NCBI GenBank assembly: GCA_965197905.1
Contig: CBDAOB010000005.1
Span: 588,176-652,175 of the forward strand
Reading direction: 5' to 3'
Length of the DNA: 64,000 nt
Origin: Candidatus Latescibacterota bacterium
GTDB taxonomy: Bacteria; Latescibacterota; UBA2968; UBA8231
Of this stretch, positions 37,594-47,410 are shown one piece after another. The notes below the pieces were generated by a model, which saw only the letters and a program-made list of their open reading frames with translations, ran no database searches and was not told the DNA's origin. The stretch's first letter is position 1; every line of letters starts with the position of its first letter. Both the position numbers and the translations under genes were made by a program.

Positions 37594-39006
37594 TTGAGGG
37601 GTCAGGAAGCTACTTACCCGGTCCGGTCTCGAACCAATTACACACCTGATAACTCGTCCCCTGCACGGACAGAATTCGTTTTGACGACCACTGACGGCAC
37701 TGAAAAACAGAGCGATCTGCGCTCGCAAGCCGAACGTTACCTGCCCGGAGGAGTGGGCGCCTCGGGGAGGTTCAATCCTTCTCTCGGCCGCGCATTGTAC
37801 CTGGATTCAGCGGACGGATGTCGCATCCGCGATGTGGAAGGCAAGGAGTACATCGATTTCAATCTAGCCCACGGCGCCGCCTTCCTGGGCTACAATCACC
37901 CGGCCACCCGTCGGGCCATGCTGGAAACCGTGGAAAGCGGCATACTCGCCGGGTACGAAACCGCCGCCCATACCGAACTGGCACGCAGAATCACCGAGAT
38001 CATCCCTTGCGCCGAGCGAGTGCGGTATGGCAACACCGGTTCGGAGGGCACGATGATCTGCCTGCGGTTGGCGCGTGCCCACACCGGTCGCAAGAAGCTG
38101 TTGAAGTTCTGGGGTCACTTCCACGGCCTCTACGACTACGTCATGTACAATGCCCACTCCCCACTGACCCCGGTAACACCAGGTACGGTTTTGACGCCAT
38201 CCCGCGAGGCGCCTGAGATCCCCGCAGCTCTGGACGATCTGGTGGTCGTCGTCCCATGGAAGGACGAGGCCGCTTTGGAACGGGCCATCCGGGAGCATGG
38301 CGACGAGATTGCCGCCATCATGATGGAGCCGGTCAACTACAACCAGGGATGCATCGTCGCCGACACTCCCTATATGCAGTTCGTGCGCGATCTGGCCACG
38401 AAACACGGCATTGTGCTGATATACGACGAGGTCCTGTCCGCCTTTCGAACCGGCCCCGACTGCGCTCAGGGCTATTACGGGGTCACCCCTGACCTATGCG
38501 TGTTGGGTAAGGCGGTGGCGAACGGAGGAGCGATCGTCGTCATCGCCGGCAAAAGAGAGATCATGGATCAGGTCGGTCCTAAAGGAAAGGTGGTCCAGAG
38601 TGGGACATTCACCGGCAATATCCCGGCCGTGAACACCGCCCTGGCGTCCGTGAAAGAGATCTGTCGCCCCGGATTCTACGATCAGATTCATGCCTCGGCG
38701 GAGCGTTTGGAAACGGGCTTACGCAATATCTTTGAGCGAGCAGGCATTGCTGCCCGGGCTCAAGGACTCGGCGCTCGATTCGGGATATTCTTCGGATCCA
38801 CCGATCCGGTCGAGCGCTTCGACGATACCCTCGGACGCGACCTGGATATGAAAACGCGCTTTATCCGGGCGTGCTTCGAGAATGGGGTTTACTTCCATGA
38901 CTACGGCTCGGTGGTAGCCGGCCATCACGGCATCTCCGCTGCTCACACGACGGAGGAAATTGACGAGGGGTTAAATCGAATCGAAACCGCGGTACAACAC
39001 CTTTGA
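37594..39006 (+). CDS. Class-III PLP-dependent aminotransferase (second copy)
   Basis: 'YGNTGSEGTMICLRLARAHTGR', 'YDEVLSAFR' and 'TFTGNIPAVNTALASV' are family signatures. The start is uncertain: TTG at 37594 (ORF track) or TTG at 37681, just before the conserved 'ERYLPGG' region. Confidence 0.7.
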   Translation: MRGQEATYPVRSRTNYTPDNSSPARTEFVLTTTDGTEKQSDLRSQAERYLPGGVGASGRFNPSLGRALYLDSADGCRIRDVEGKEYIDFNLAHGAAFLGYNHPATRRAMLETVESGILAGYETAAHTELARRITEIIPCAERVRYGNTGSEGTMICLRLARAHTGRKKLLKFWGHFHGLYDYVMYNAHSPLTPVTPGTVLTPSREAPEIPAALDDLVVVVPWKDEAALERAIREHGDEIAAIMMEPVNYNQGCIVADTPYMQFVRDLATKHGIVLIYDEVLSAFRTGPDCAQGYYGVTPDLCVLGKAVANGGAIVVIAGKREIMDQVGPKGKVVQSGTFTGNIPAVNTALASVKEICRPGFYDQIHASAERLETGLRNIFERAGIAARAQGLGARFGIFFGSTDPVERFDDTLGRDLDMKTRFIRACFENGVYFHDYGSVVAGHHGISAAHTTEEIDEGLNRIETAVQHL

Positions 39007-39044
39007 CGGAGTGTTCAGAGGACGATGGGACTGGAGGTAACAGC

Positions 39045-39836
39045 ATGACTGAGCCAACCGTGCAACGATTATTAGACCTCACCGGGAAAGTGGCACTGGT
39101 CACCGGGGGCACCGGTTATCTCGGATCGGCGCTTTCGGCGGCGCTTGCCGAGGCGGGCGCTCGAGTTGTCATAAGCAGCAGAGATAAAGACCGCGCGGCT
39201 GAAGCGGCGGGTTTGCTGCCCGGAGATGCAGACCATCTCGGTGTCCAGTTGGACCACACGGACGCCGATTCCATCGAATCGGGGTTTGCCGCAGCCGTCA
39301 GTCTTGCGGGTGGAGTCGATGTGCTTGTGAACAATGGGCACGACGCTTTGGGAGAGGATTGGACGACGGTTACCCACGACCAGTTTGCCCGCCATCAAAT
39401 CAACGTTGCGGGATATTTCACCCTGGCTCGCTTGGTGCGCAATGCCGCCGTCGACCGCGGGAGCGCCGCCAGCGTCGTTATGCTGGGTTCGATGTATGGT
39501 CAGGTGGCATCATATCCAGACTCCTACGCCGGCGTGTGCAACGCCAGCCCGGCAGCCTATCACGCCCTCAAGGGCGGGATCATCCAGCTGACACGCCATT
39601 TAGCGATCTATTGGGCGGCCGACGGGGTGCGGGTCAACTGTTTGAGTCCGGGGCCGTTCCCGAATATGGCAAAGGCGCCGGCCGCAATGGTGGAGCGCCT
39701 TTGCACCAGAAGTCCGATGAAGCGGATGGGGGAACCCCACGAGCTAAAGGGGGCAATGGTATTCCTCGCCAGCGACGCCAGCAGCTATATGACCGGACAG
39801 AACCTTACAATCGACGGGGGATGGACGGCGTGGTGA
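39045..39836 (+). CDS. Short-chain dehydrogenase/reductase (SDR) family oxidoreductase
   Basis: ATG 39045 with SD 'GGAGG'. 'GKVALVTGGTGYLGSA' is the TGxxxGxG motif, and 'YHALKGG' is the catalytic YxxxK. Confidence 0.8.
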   Translation: MTEPTVQRLLDLTGKVALVTGGTGYLGSALSAALAEAGARVVISSRDKDRAAEAAGLLPGDADHLGVQLDHTDADSIESGFAAAVSLAGGVDVLVNNGHDALGEDWTTVTHDQFARHQINVAGYFTLARLVRNAAVDRGSAASVVMLGSMYGQVASYPDSYAGVCNASPAAYHALKGGIIQLTRHLAIYWAADGVRVNCLSPGPFPNMAKAPAAMVERLCTRSPMKRMGEPHELKGAMVFLASDASSYMTGQNLTIDGGWTAW

Positions 39837-39885
39837 GCCACTGATTCTTCTCGACCGGCTTGTGCCAGGCGAAGGGGGGTGCCGA

Positions 39886-41121
39886 TTACCAGTCGCGAGA
39901 GTCCGGAACCACCTTCCAACTGCCGCTGTCGCGGATAGATTCCTGGCTCATGAGCCCTGGCAAGGTCATATCCATCGCCTCGTGAATCCCGATCGGGCAG
40001 GGGGTTCCGTTGATAATGCTGTTGAGAAAATCCTGAACCTCGAGAAAATCCCCACCGCCGTGCCCCGATTTCAAGGTTTCTTCGGTAGGTTTTCTCCAGA
40101 TATCGGGCAGGTAATCCTCTTCCAGTTCATCTAGATTCATCCATTTGTTGTCGTCCTCGCACACCTCCGCAAGCCAGATTCTTCCATGCTCACCCCGGGC
40201 ACGGGCCGACTCATAACATCCCCGCGTGCCCTGCAAGGTGTAATTGGTCATGGCGTGAGGCCGCTCGGAGATCATGTCCACGCGAATCTTGATCAGAGCC
40301 CCGTGCCGCGTCTTGCACAGCATCACACAGGAGTCCTGGTTCTCGTAGAGGTCACCCCGGGGATCCCGGTAATGATGTCCACTGCCTTCGCAACAGACCC
40401 TCTCGACCCTATCCCCCTCCATCCAATCGAGAATCGGACCCAAGCTGTGTGTGCCATAGGTGACCCCATCGATGCCAGTCTGCCACCGTCGCCTCCACGG
40501 GGTGACTTCATTATGCTGTTTCAGCTCGTGAAGGTATTCCCCCTCGGCGTAATAGAGCTCACCAAACAATCCCCGATCCACCAACGCCTTTACCAGGACG
40601 TTAGGTTTTCGGTAGGTATAGTTTTCGGCCATCATATAGATCGCCGGCGACCGGTTGGCCGCCTCCACCAGGGTTTGGCACTCCTCCAGCGAAACGCCAG
40701 CGGTAACCTCACTCAGGACATGGATTCCCCGCTCCAGGGCGGCGGTCGACTGGGCGGCGTGGAACGGCATCGGCGTTCCGATCACAACGGCGTCGATGCT
40801 TGACCGATCTAGCATCTGTTGATAATCGACATAGACCTCGACGGCTCCCAATTCCTCTTTGGCCGCCAGGAGCTGATCCTCTCGCAGGTCACAGATCGCC
40901 AACAATTTCGCCCCCGGATATGCGCCGAGGGCTGATTCGAAACTGGCGCCGCGCCCCGCGGCACCGACGATTCCGACATTCAACGTTTCCAGCGACTGTT
41001 GTTTGGGCACCGTTTCTATTCTCGCAGGTTTGGCCTTGAACAGGGCCCTCGGTATCTCGTTCGGCGAGGCGGCCGTTCCGGATACACCGGGATTCGCGCG
41101 CCGGCAAATCAGGTCGAGCAC
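39886..41121 (-). CDS. Gfo/Idh/MocA-family oxidoreductase (second copy)
   Basis: 'LNVGIVGAAGRGASF' Rossmann motif and conserved 'AENYTYRKP' (EKP-like) motif. The exact start is uncertain: possibly GTG/TTG near 41000 rather than the ATG at 41121. Confidence 0.65.
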   Translation of the reverse strand: MLDLICRRANPGVSGTAASPNEIPRALFKAKPARIETVPKQQSLETLNVGIVGAAGRGASFESALGAYPGAKLLAICDLREDQLLAAKEELGAVEVYVDYQQMLDRSSIDAVVIGTPMPFHAAQSTAALERGIHVLSEVTAGVSLEECQTLVEAANRSPAIYMMAENYTYRKPNVLVKALVDRGLFGELYYAEGEYLHELKQHNEVTPWRRRWQTGIDGVTYGTHSLGPILDWMEGDRVERVCCEGSGHHYRDPRGDLYENQDSCVMLCKTRHGALIKIRVDMISERPHAMTNYTLQGTRGCYESARARGEHGRIWLAEVCEDDNKWMNLDELEEDYLPDIWRKPTEETLKSGHGGGDFLEVQDFLNSIINGTPCPIGIHEAMDMTLPGLMSQESIRDSGSWKVVPDSRDW

Positions 41122-41309
41122 GCTGCCGGTGTCAAGACGCCCACCTGCAGACGTGACTTTTTTTGCGACGCCGTTCTACCTGGAATCATCTAATCGAGTT
41201 AACTGCAGTATAGACCTGTCCGGCGGAAGTCGTGATCGCGAATGGAGGGAGAATCCACATCCACCACCGGACTCGAAGGTTGCCCTCATTACCCATTAAG
41301 GAGAAGAAG

Positions 41310-42104
41310 ATGAAAAAGTTGGCTTTCGTATTCGCCGTTTTGCTCGCAGTGGGCGTGGCCGGCGCTCCGGTCGCGGCCGGCACCTTCGCGACAAAGCCGG
41401 GTGATCCTGGCAATACGGTAACCTTCGAAATCTCCGCGCCGCTGGAGACCATAGTTGGCACGACTGGTGGAGCCGTCAAGGGACATTTCGACTTCGATCC
41501 GAACAACGTCAAAGCCTTGAAGAGCGGCATGTTCGTCATCAACGTCGCATCTTTTGAAACCGGCATTGACCTGCGCGATGAGCACTTTCGCGACAACTTC
41601 CTGCATACAGCCAAATATCCCAACGCTACGTTCACCTTGGGCAAGGTAACGAAAACGTCGGCGAAGTCGGTAAAGACCGGCGCGTCCGTGGACCTGGAGC
41701 TGGAAGGCACCCTGGACATGCATGGGGTCCAACGTAGCGAGACCGTCGCCGCCACCGTCACCTATATGGATGACGGCATGGTCCCCGACAACGTGCTGCC
41801 CGGAAACGTAATCGCCGTTAAGGCGAACCTTCGGGTCGCCTTGGCTGACTACAAGATCGAGCGCCCGGAAATGCTGGTGCTCAAGGTCGGCGAGGTGGTC
41901 GACATCGACGTCATTCTGAGAATGACCGACTCCCCTAAAACGGTGAATGCCTGCGGTGGTTGCGGGGATTGTGGCGGATGTGGGGATTGTGGCGGATGTG
42001 GGGATTGTGGTGGATGTGGTGATGGCGGTGGCTGCGGCGGCAGTTGCGGTGGTGGTTGTGGTGGTGGCTGTGGAGGCGGTTGTGGCGGTAGCTGCGGAGG
42101 CTGA
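41310..42104 (+). CDS. YceI-like (polyisoprenoid-binding) periplasmic protein with C-terminal Cys/Gly repeat tail
   Basis: ATG 41310 with SD 'AAGGAG' (spacing 6). Signal peptide 'MKKLAFVFAVLLAVGVAGAPVAA'. 'FETGIDLRDEHFRDNFLHTAKYPNATF' is the YceI signature. The C-terminus is 'CGGCGDCGGCGDCGGCGDCGGCGDGGGCGGSCGGGCGGGCGGGCGGSCGG'. Confidence 0.7.
   Translation: MKKLAFVFAVLLAVGVAGAPVAAGTFATKPGDPGNTVTFEISAPLETIVGTTGGAVKGHFDFDPNNVKALKSGMFVINVASFETGIDLRDEHFRDNFLHTAKYPNATFTLGKVTKTSAKSVKTGASVDLELEGTLDMHGVQRSETVAATVTYMDDGMVPDNVLPGNVIAVKANLRVALADYKIERPEMLVLKVGEVVDIDVILRMTDSPKTVNACGGCGDCGGCGDCGGCGDCGGCGDGGGCGGSCGGGCGGGCGGGCGGSCGG
41941..42101 (+). repeat. Intragenic tandem repeat (18-nt unit 'TGTGGGGATTGTGGCGGA' x3.5, then degenerate GGTGGTTGT/GGCTGCGGC units) encoding the Cys-Gly tail
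   Basis: Direct reading: 'tgtggggattgtggcggatgtggggattgtggcggatgtggggattgtggtggatgtggtgat...ggtggttgtggtggtggctgtggaggcggttgtggcggtagctgcgga'. Confidence 0.8.
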
Positions 42105-42130
42105 CCAACCTTTTCAGTATCAACAACAAA

Positions 42131-42166
42131 GCCCCGCGGATTCCTGCAATCTGCGGGGCTTTTTCA
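42131..42166 (+). terminator. Rho-independent terminator
   Basis: Stem 'CCCCGCGGATT'/'AATCTGCGGGG' (1 mismatch) with loop CCTGC, followed by CTTTTT, 27 nt after the stop at 42104. Confidence 0.65.
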
Positions 42167-42197
42167 TCAATTGATGGCCGTCGGCGGAGTCACTCCC

Positions 42198-43300
42198 TCA
42201 CATCTTCTCGTCCAGAGATCTCTCGCTTTGCATGTGCTTCAATGAGGGTATTACCCGCTTCAGCTCCGCCACGTAGTCCGTTTTCGATACATCTGTTCGT
42301 GACTTAGCGGCGCGCGCGAAGCGAATAAATTCGTCCGTGGCAGCTGTGTCGACGCCGTTGACCGATTGTTCCACCACCCCAACACAACGAAAACGATTCA
42401 GGTCCAAGCTATCTCCCTCGCTGTAGAACTCCTCGAACGGCTTCTCGCCCGAGGTGTCACTGGAGGTGAACAGGCAAGGCCACCTGTTCTGTGGTAGCAA
42501 TTTGTCGATGGATGCCCTGGCCTCGTCCTCAGTCCGGCACTCGAACGCCTCGTACCCCAACATACTTAGAAGCTCGAGTGCGATCTCGGGGAAGGTTTTT
42601 TCTTTCAGCACTTCCAATTTCGGAAAAAAACATCGCCGTTCTCGCCCAGTATGCTTGACAGCAAACAGAGATGTCCAGCCTCCTCGTGGGAGATGAAATA
42701 TCGCCGAACATCCTTGGGAGCCGCGAGTGGTTGCCTCTTTTGCAGGCGTTGGAGAAGACCGAAGGGCAGGCTGCCATTGGAGAACGCGACATTGGCGAAT
42801 CGCGCAGAGGAGTAGTGCTGAACGTCCGCGTGTGAAAGCAAGACCCTCTCCATAACCATCTTTGTGGCGCCCATAAGGCTGCCGGGATTGACCGCTTTAT
42901 CCGAGGACACCGAAAAGAAATTGCGGCATGGTCTTGGCAGGTTGTGCACAAAGTCATTCAAGAACAGGACATTCGTATCCACCATACGCATCAGGGAATA
43001 GACATCCTTTTCCGAACGCACATGTTTCAAGGCGGACAGATTCAGAATAAAGTCGAACGGCTCCTGGTCAGAGAAATAGCGCGCGAACTCGGTACTGCCA
43101 AGTCCAATGGGCAATTCTACCAGTTCATCAGGTGGCCGAATATCCGGCGATGAACGGAGTTCTCGAACCACCTCCACCAGACCATTTTCGTTCAAGTCGA
43201 ACAACGCCATGGTCTTCGGTGAAAACTCCAGAATAGCCCGAACGGTTGAAAAGCCGATCGATCCGGCGGCGCCAACAACAGCGATCCGGCTACCATTTAG
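42198..43300 (-). pseudogene. Decayed capD/pglF/FlaA1-like UDP-sugar 4,6-dehydratase gene (no start codon, internal frameshift)
   Basis: Minus-strand reading gives 'RIAVVGAAGSIGFSTVRAILEFSPKTMALFDL...' (Rossmann GxGxxG), 'FFSVSSDKAVNPGSLMGATKMV' and 'SSARFANVAFSNGSLPFGLL' (CapD catalytic motifs). The frame breaks at an A7/T7 run (42623-42629) and resumes as '..LKEKTFPEIALELLSML...SGEKPFEEF' (CapD C-terminal signature 'GxRPGEKLxEEL'). No ATG/GTG/TTG lies between the upstream in-frame stop and the Rossmann motif. Further PglF-linker-like remnants in another frame lie at ~43330-43440. Confidence 0.55.
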
Positions 43301-43501
43301 CCGTTCGCCGATTTCGCTCGGTGGTCATCCAGATCACCTGCAAAAAGCGAACGTTCGCGACCGGTAGCGATTTTCTCGTAATCCGAGAGGATGCGTGGCT
43401 GGATCATAGTGGTCTTGCTGGACACTCGGCTTCCTCAATTGCCGGGTTCAATTGTTCAAGAAAAGGATGGGCCGAGGTCTCCGCCGACGCAACTGCTGCC
43501 C

Positions 43502-45181
43502 CTACTTCCGATTCGCAGCCAGGCCCGCGCGCGCGCGGAGCACGACGGGGAGTTCCGAATCGGCTAATCGCCAGGTGGCAAGCGCTTGTTCGTAGGCCTG
43601 TGCGGCCGCTTCGGTCTGGTTTCCCATTTCGTAAGTCTTGGCCAATCCCAGCAACATGTGCCCGCTTCGGGGCCGTTTGGCGAGCGCTTTCTGAAAGGCG
43701 TCGCGGGCTGTGCGCCAATCGCCGGCTCTGAGCGCAACCTCACCGTGGCTTTCGTGCAGAGAGCGGGCAAATTCAGGCGGCTCCTCGTATGGCAGCGCGG
43801 CAGAACTGGAAATGGCTCTTGCGATACGTTCGTATGCCTCATCGTGCTCACCCCTGACGCTGTGTATCTGTGCCTGAAGCTGGTCGGCGAGGATTTCGAG
43901 GTAGTCGACCCGCCGCCGCCGGTGGTAGCGGTCCCTCCGGGGCGGCTCCTCCACGAGATACATCCAGGTTAGATTGGTCAGCTTGGCCAGCTCACTTATG
44001 GCCAGATCCACATCGTCTGTGGCCAGCGCGCTCATTCCCCGGGTGTAGGCCAACTGGCCGTTGGCGAACAGGCCGCCAAAGTTGGCGCTTAAGGTGTCGT
44101 TGGCCGCCAGTTTGGCTAGGGCAGCGGATGCCAGTTTCCATTCGCGGTAGCGAATGTGCAACCGCACCCGCGCCATACGTCCCTGGTAATAGATGATCGT
44201 GCGCCGACTGCTCAGCGCTACCTCTTCAAGCTTGCGCGCCCACCGTAGGCCCTCCCGGTAGCGTCCGTCTTCGGCGCAGTTGGCTACCAGGTAGCTGAGG
44301 TTGTGCACATAGTTCCAGTTGTTGTACGCCGGCGTACCGTACTCGGCCATGTAGGTGGAATCCACCGCGAACGCTTCGACGAATGAAGCCCTGGCACCGG
44401 CATAGTCGCCGCTCAAATAGCGGATATGACCGGGCATGTGAACGACGTGTGCGTTGGCAGGCGCGAGGGCTGCTATCTTCTCAGCACTCTCGTGGGCCGC
44501 TCCGGGATTGTCCCCGCGTTCCTCGATATGAATGTAATAGTGGTGAACCCCGAGATGGTCGGGGCGTGTCTTCAACAACGGTTTGATGAGCGCCAGGGGA
44601 TCGGGCTCGCCTTTTCGCGGATGACCGGGATAATAACCCCGCATAAGGAAGCGGATGAGAAAAATCTTGGCTTCGACGTCTTCGGGGTACGCGGCGATAA
44701 GGCTCTGCATCTCTTGGATGTAGGCCTGGCGGCCGATGGAATCGAGCAGCACGGTCGCCCGCAGATATCGTTGCTCACGGTCTGTAACATCGGGGATCAA
44801 GCTCTTGAACTTGCGAAAGGCGGTCCTATTCTCCGACCTCCTTCCACGCGGCGTTTGATAGATGCCCCACCAGGCTACAGCACATGAGGAATCGAGACGG
44901 GTTGCCGTGCGAAACGACCTCATGGCTTCGTAGTACCAGAACCCGTGCAGGAGGGCAAATCCCTGGTTTACATAACGTTGTGCCTCCGGCGACATCGTGG
45001 TAGCGGGAAACGAGGCGGTGCTGATGCCGGTCAATAACGCCGGATAATCCGAAGGCTGTGGCGGGGTACTACAGGAAAGAAGGCAGAGGAGTAGGCCGAA
45101 GAGAATCAAGGGTGGCGCCGCCGCATGGCGCGTTGGGGCACGGATATCGTAGTTCAATACACCTTTTGGTCGACATCTCAT
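43502..45181 (-). CDS. TPR-like helical-repeat lipoprotein
   Basis: 559 aa. The N-terminal 'LILFGLLLCLLSCSTP' is a lipobox-like signal. The body is rich in Y/A/L with repeated helical hairpins. Confidence 0.55.
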   Translation of the reverse strand: MRCRPKGVLNYDIRAPTRHAAAPPLILFGLLLCLLSCSTPPQPSDYPALLTGISTASFPATTMSPEAQRYVNQGFALLHGFWYYEAMRSFRTATRLDSSCAVAWWGIYQTPRGRRSENRTAFRKFKSLIPDVTDREQRYLRATVLLDSIGRQAYIQEMQSLIAAYPEDVEAKIFLIRFLMRGYYPGHPRKGEPDPLALIKPLLKTRPDHLGVHHYYIHIEERGDNPGAAHESAEKIAALAPANAHVVHMPGHIRYLSGDYAGARASFVEAFAVDSTYMAEYGTPAYNNWNYVHNLSYLVANCAEDGRYREGLRWARKLEEVALSSRRTIIYYQGRMARVRLHIRYREWKLASAALAKLAANDTLSANFGGLFANGQLAYTRGMSALATDDVDLAISELAKLTNLTWMYLVEEPPRRDRYHRRRRVDYLEILADQLQAQIHSVRGEHDEAYERIARAISSSAALPYEEPPEFARSLHESHGEVALRAGDWRTARDAFQKALAKRPRSGHMLLGLAKTYEMGNQTEAAAQAYEQALATWRLADSELPVVLRARAGLAANRK

Positions 45182-45224
45182 CTAGAATTCAACGGGAGGC
45201 GGCTTGTCCGCAAGCTTGGCGCGA

Positions 45225-46184
45225 TCACGTGCTTTTCGGAACCGTAACCTGCGTAAACTCGAATTTGGGACCCTTCGTGTAGGTTGCTCCCAAACCCAGG
45301 CCCCAATCTGCCTTACCCCCGGCCAACCGCCCCTCCGCCCAGGCTTTCAACGGTAGGTTATCCCAGTTGTCCGTGAACCAGTACTGGGAAGACGGTCCTC
45401 CCAGAGGGTCCTTACCCAGGGGATTCGAAAGGTCGCCCATCGCCCCCAACAGCTGGCGCCGGATGGGCGAGCTTCGGGCGATCAGATTCGGATCCTGTTC
45501 GATGTGACCGCTGGGGCGTATCCATCTGGGACCATAGCTAATGTAGAGTGCCTTGCGGAAGCCTCCGGAGAGATTCGGGGTCACCCCGTGGAGCAGCGTT
45601 GGCCGCCACAGCAGGGCGCTTCCGGCCGGCACTCGCAATTCGAAGATCTCTTTGGGATCGAGCCAGGATTCCCAGGTGGCTCGTTGCTCCCGGTTCCATC
45701 GAAAACTGCCGGGTACCAGCAAAATGGTGCTGTGTCCCTCTGCTGTGTGGTCGGATAGGTACCATCCGACCTTGAAGTCTAGCAACGGCATAACGCCGTC
45801 CACGGTGGTCCCGGCGAACTCCTCTTCGTAGTCGAAGTGCCAGCCCAGCGACATCATTTCGGGATCTGCGCCGATCGGAAGCGGGGCTTTGTAATCGAAG
45901 ACGCTGTCGCGGTTCTGTATGTTCCAGCCGAGGATATCCACCAACATGGGCAAGATAGCTGGGTGGTCGATGAGATCGAGAATGTGTTCATGCCGCGAGA
46001 TGCCATTGCGCAGGGATACGGAATCGTCCGGGGACAGACCCCGCAGCGCCCGGGTCTGCTCCGCGACCTCGTCCATGGCTCGTGAAACCCGGTCAACGGA
46101 GTCGTTGTCCAGGGCATTCTCGACTACGGTGAATCCCTGGCCGTTGAGCTCATCTTTTTGTCCCTCGGTTATGGCAATCGGCAT
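45225..46184 (-). CDS. PhyH-family Fe(II)/2OG dioxygenase
   Basis: Start ATG 46182-46184 with SD 'GAGGGG' ('MPIAITEGQKDELNGQGFTVVENAL', the canonical PhyH N-terminus). 'WHFDYEEEF' is the HxD motif. The 95-codon upstream extension in the ORF track would overlap the next gene. Confidence 0.6.
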   Translation of the reverse strand: MPIAITEGQKDELNGQGFTVVENALDNDSVDRVSRAMDEVAEQTRALRGLSPDDSVSLRNGISRHEHILDLIDHPAILPMLVDILGWNIQNRDSVFDYKAPLPIGADPEMMSLGWHFDYEEEFAGTTVDGVMPLLDFKVGWYLSDHTAEGHSTILLVPGSFRWNREQRATWESWLDPKEIFELRVPAGSALLWRPTLLHGVTPNLSGGFRKALYISYGPRWIRPSGHIEQDPNLIARSSPIRRQLLGAMGDLSNPLGKDPLGGPSSQYWFTDNWDNLPLKAWAEGRLAGGKADWGLGLGATYTKGPKFEFTQVTVPKST

Positions 46185-46287
46185 CTGGACACGCCCCTCT
46201 GCTAGTGCGGTGTCAAGGTTGAAGCCCCACTCGTTTTCATCCGTCGTGCTGTAGGCATTGCGTTCTTCCGCGTACCGTGGGCGGTTG

Positions 46288-47202
46288 TCAACGCGCGTAG
46301 TCGTCGGGGTTGTTCTTGCGCCAATTCGGAAGATAACCCTCCGTCTCGCCGAATCCGTAGGATGGTCCGATTTGATTCGTAGACGTCCACGGCCAGGCTT
46401 GACCGCCCATGAGCCGATATTGGTTTCCTTTGCCGCACAGCCAGTAAAACATGTGGGCGACGTAGCGGGCATCTCCGTGGCCGCCGTAATGGGCGGATCC
46501 AGAATCGAACGCTACTTCCCGCACCCAGTCCCCGACCGGCGGCGTTGTTCGCCAGTAATTGTATTTCAGCATATGGCGAAGCCCATTCGCGGTCGACTTC
46601 CCGCGTCGGTGCAGGATGCTTTGGGAATGGATCCCGAAGGAACCGGCCGGTCCCTCGGCGAGGACGCCGGCCGCGTCTTCCGCCATGGTCGTGGGGCGGA
46701 TGTGAGATCCTGGTACAAACTCGGTTGGACCCAGCTCTGCCGGCGTATCCTGAGGAAAATAAAAAACCTCCAGGAAGTTGGTCTCCGGACCGAACACGTG
46801 GTCGGCATCGTGGTGCCATCCCTGCGCTGGTTTTGGGCACTCCATTGGATGGCTGCTAACGAGCACCGGCAGCCCGAGGTCCTTCCCCAGCAACGACCGC
46901 AGGGCGCCGGTCAGCCGGGGGTTGAGCACGACGTTCTCGTGGAACCAATCCTCTAGTAGAATCGTGCTCGGCTCGTGAGATGCGCGGATCCGCTCGAGGT
47001 CCGCGGATGTCATGCCTTTGGGAACGAACCTCGGATTCGCCGGCATAACGCCGTTGAGATACTCGAGCGTCATTTTGTTGAATTCATTGGGCACGACACC
47101 CTCGAGCAGGAGAAAACCTGTGCGACAGAACTCCAACACTTGGCTGTCGGTCAGGGTAGGATCGCAATCGAAGGTTTGTCGTGTCTCGTCGTGGTTCGCC
47201 AA
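46288..47202 (-). CDS. PhyH-family Fe(II)/2OG dioxygenase
   Basis: 'LTDSQVLEFCRTGFLLLEGVVP' is the PhyH N-terminus. 'WHHDADHVF' is the HxD motif, with a C-terminal His. Confidence 0.7.
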   Translation of the reverse strand: MANHDETRQTFDCDPTLTDSQVLEFCRTGFLLLEGVVPNEFNKMTLEYLNGVMPANPRFVPKGMTSADLERIRASHEPSTILLEDWFHENVVLNPRLTGALRSLLGKDLGLPVLVSSHPMECPKPAQGWHHDADHVFGPETNFLEVFYFPQDTPAELGPTEFVPGSHIRPTTMAEDAAGVLAEGPAGSFGIHSQSILHRRGKSTANGLRHMLKYNYWRTTPPVGDWVREVAFDSGSAHYGGHGDARYVAHMFYWLCGKGNQYRLMGGQAWPWTSTNQIGPSYGFGETEGYLPNWRKNNPDDYAR

Positions 47203-47410
47203 GTGCTAAAATCTCCCATTTGGTTGAAGCCTGTAAACGTGGGCAACGCCCAAGTTAGGCGTCATATCGGTCGGCCAAAGTCGGAGAAACCTATTAGAGT
47301 ACGTACGAAAAAGCCAATGGCGTCAAAATCTCGGACGTCCTGGAAACGCGTGTTCTCCCGCACACACGTTATGAGGCGCAAAGGGTAGGTCGGTCGGGTT
47401 ACCGCAGGGG

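Noticed and set aside
41941-42101. Possible CRISPR-like or minisatellite array
   Set aside because: The repeats are short (9-18 nt), contiguous without spacers, and lie in-frame inside a coding sequence. It is a coding tandem repeat, not CRISPR.
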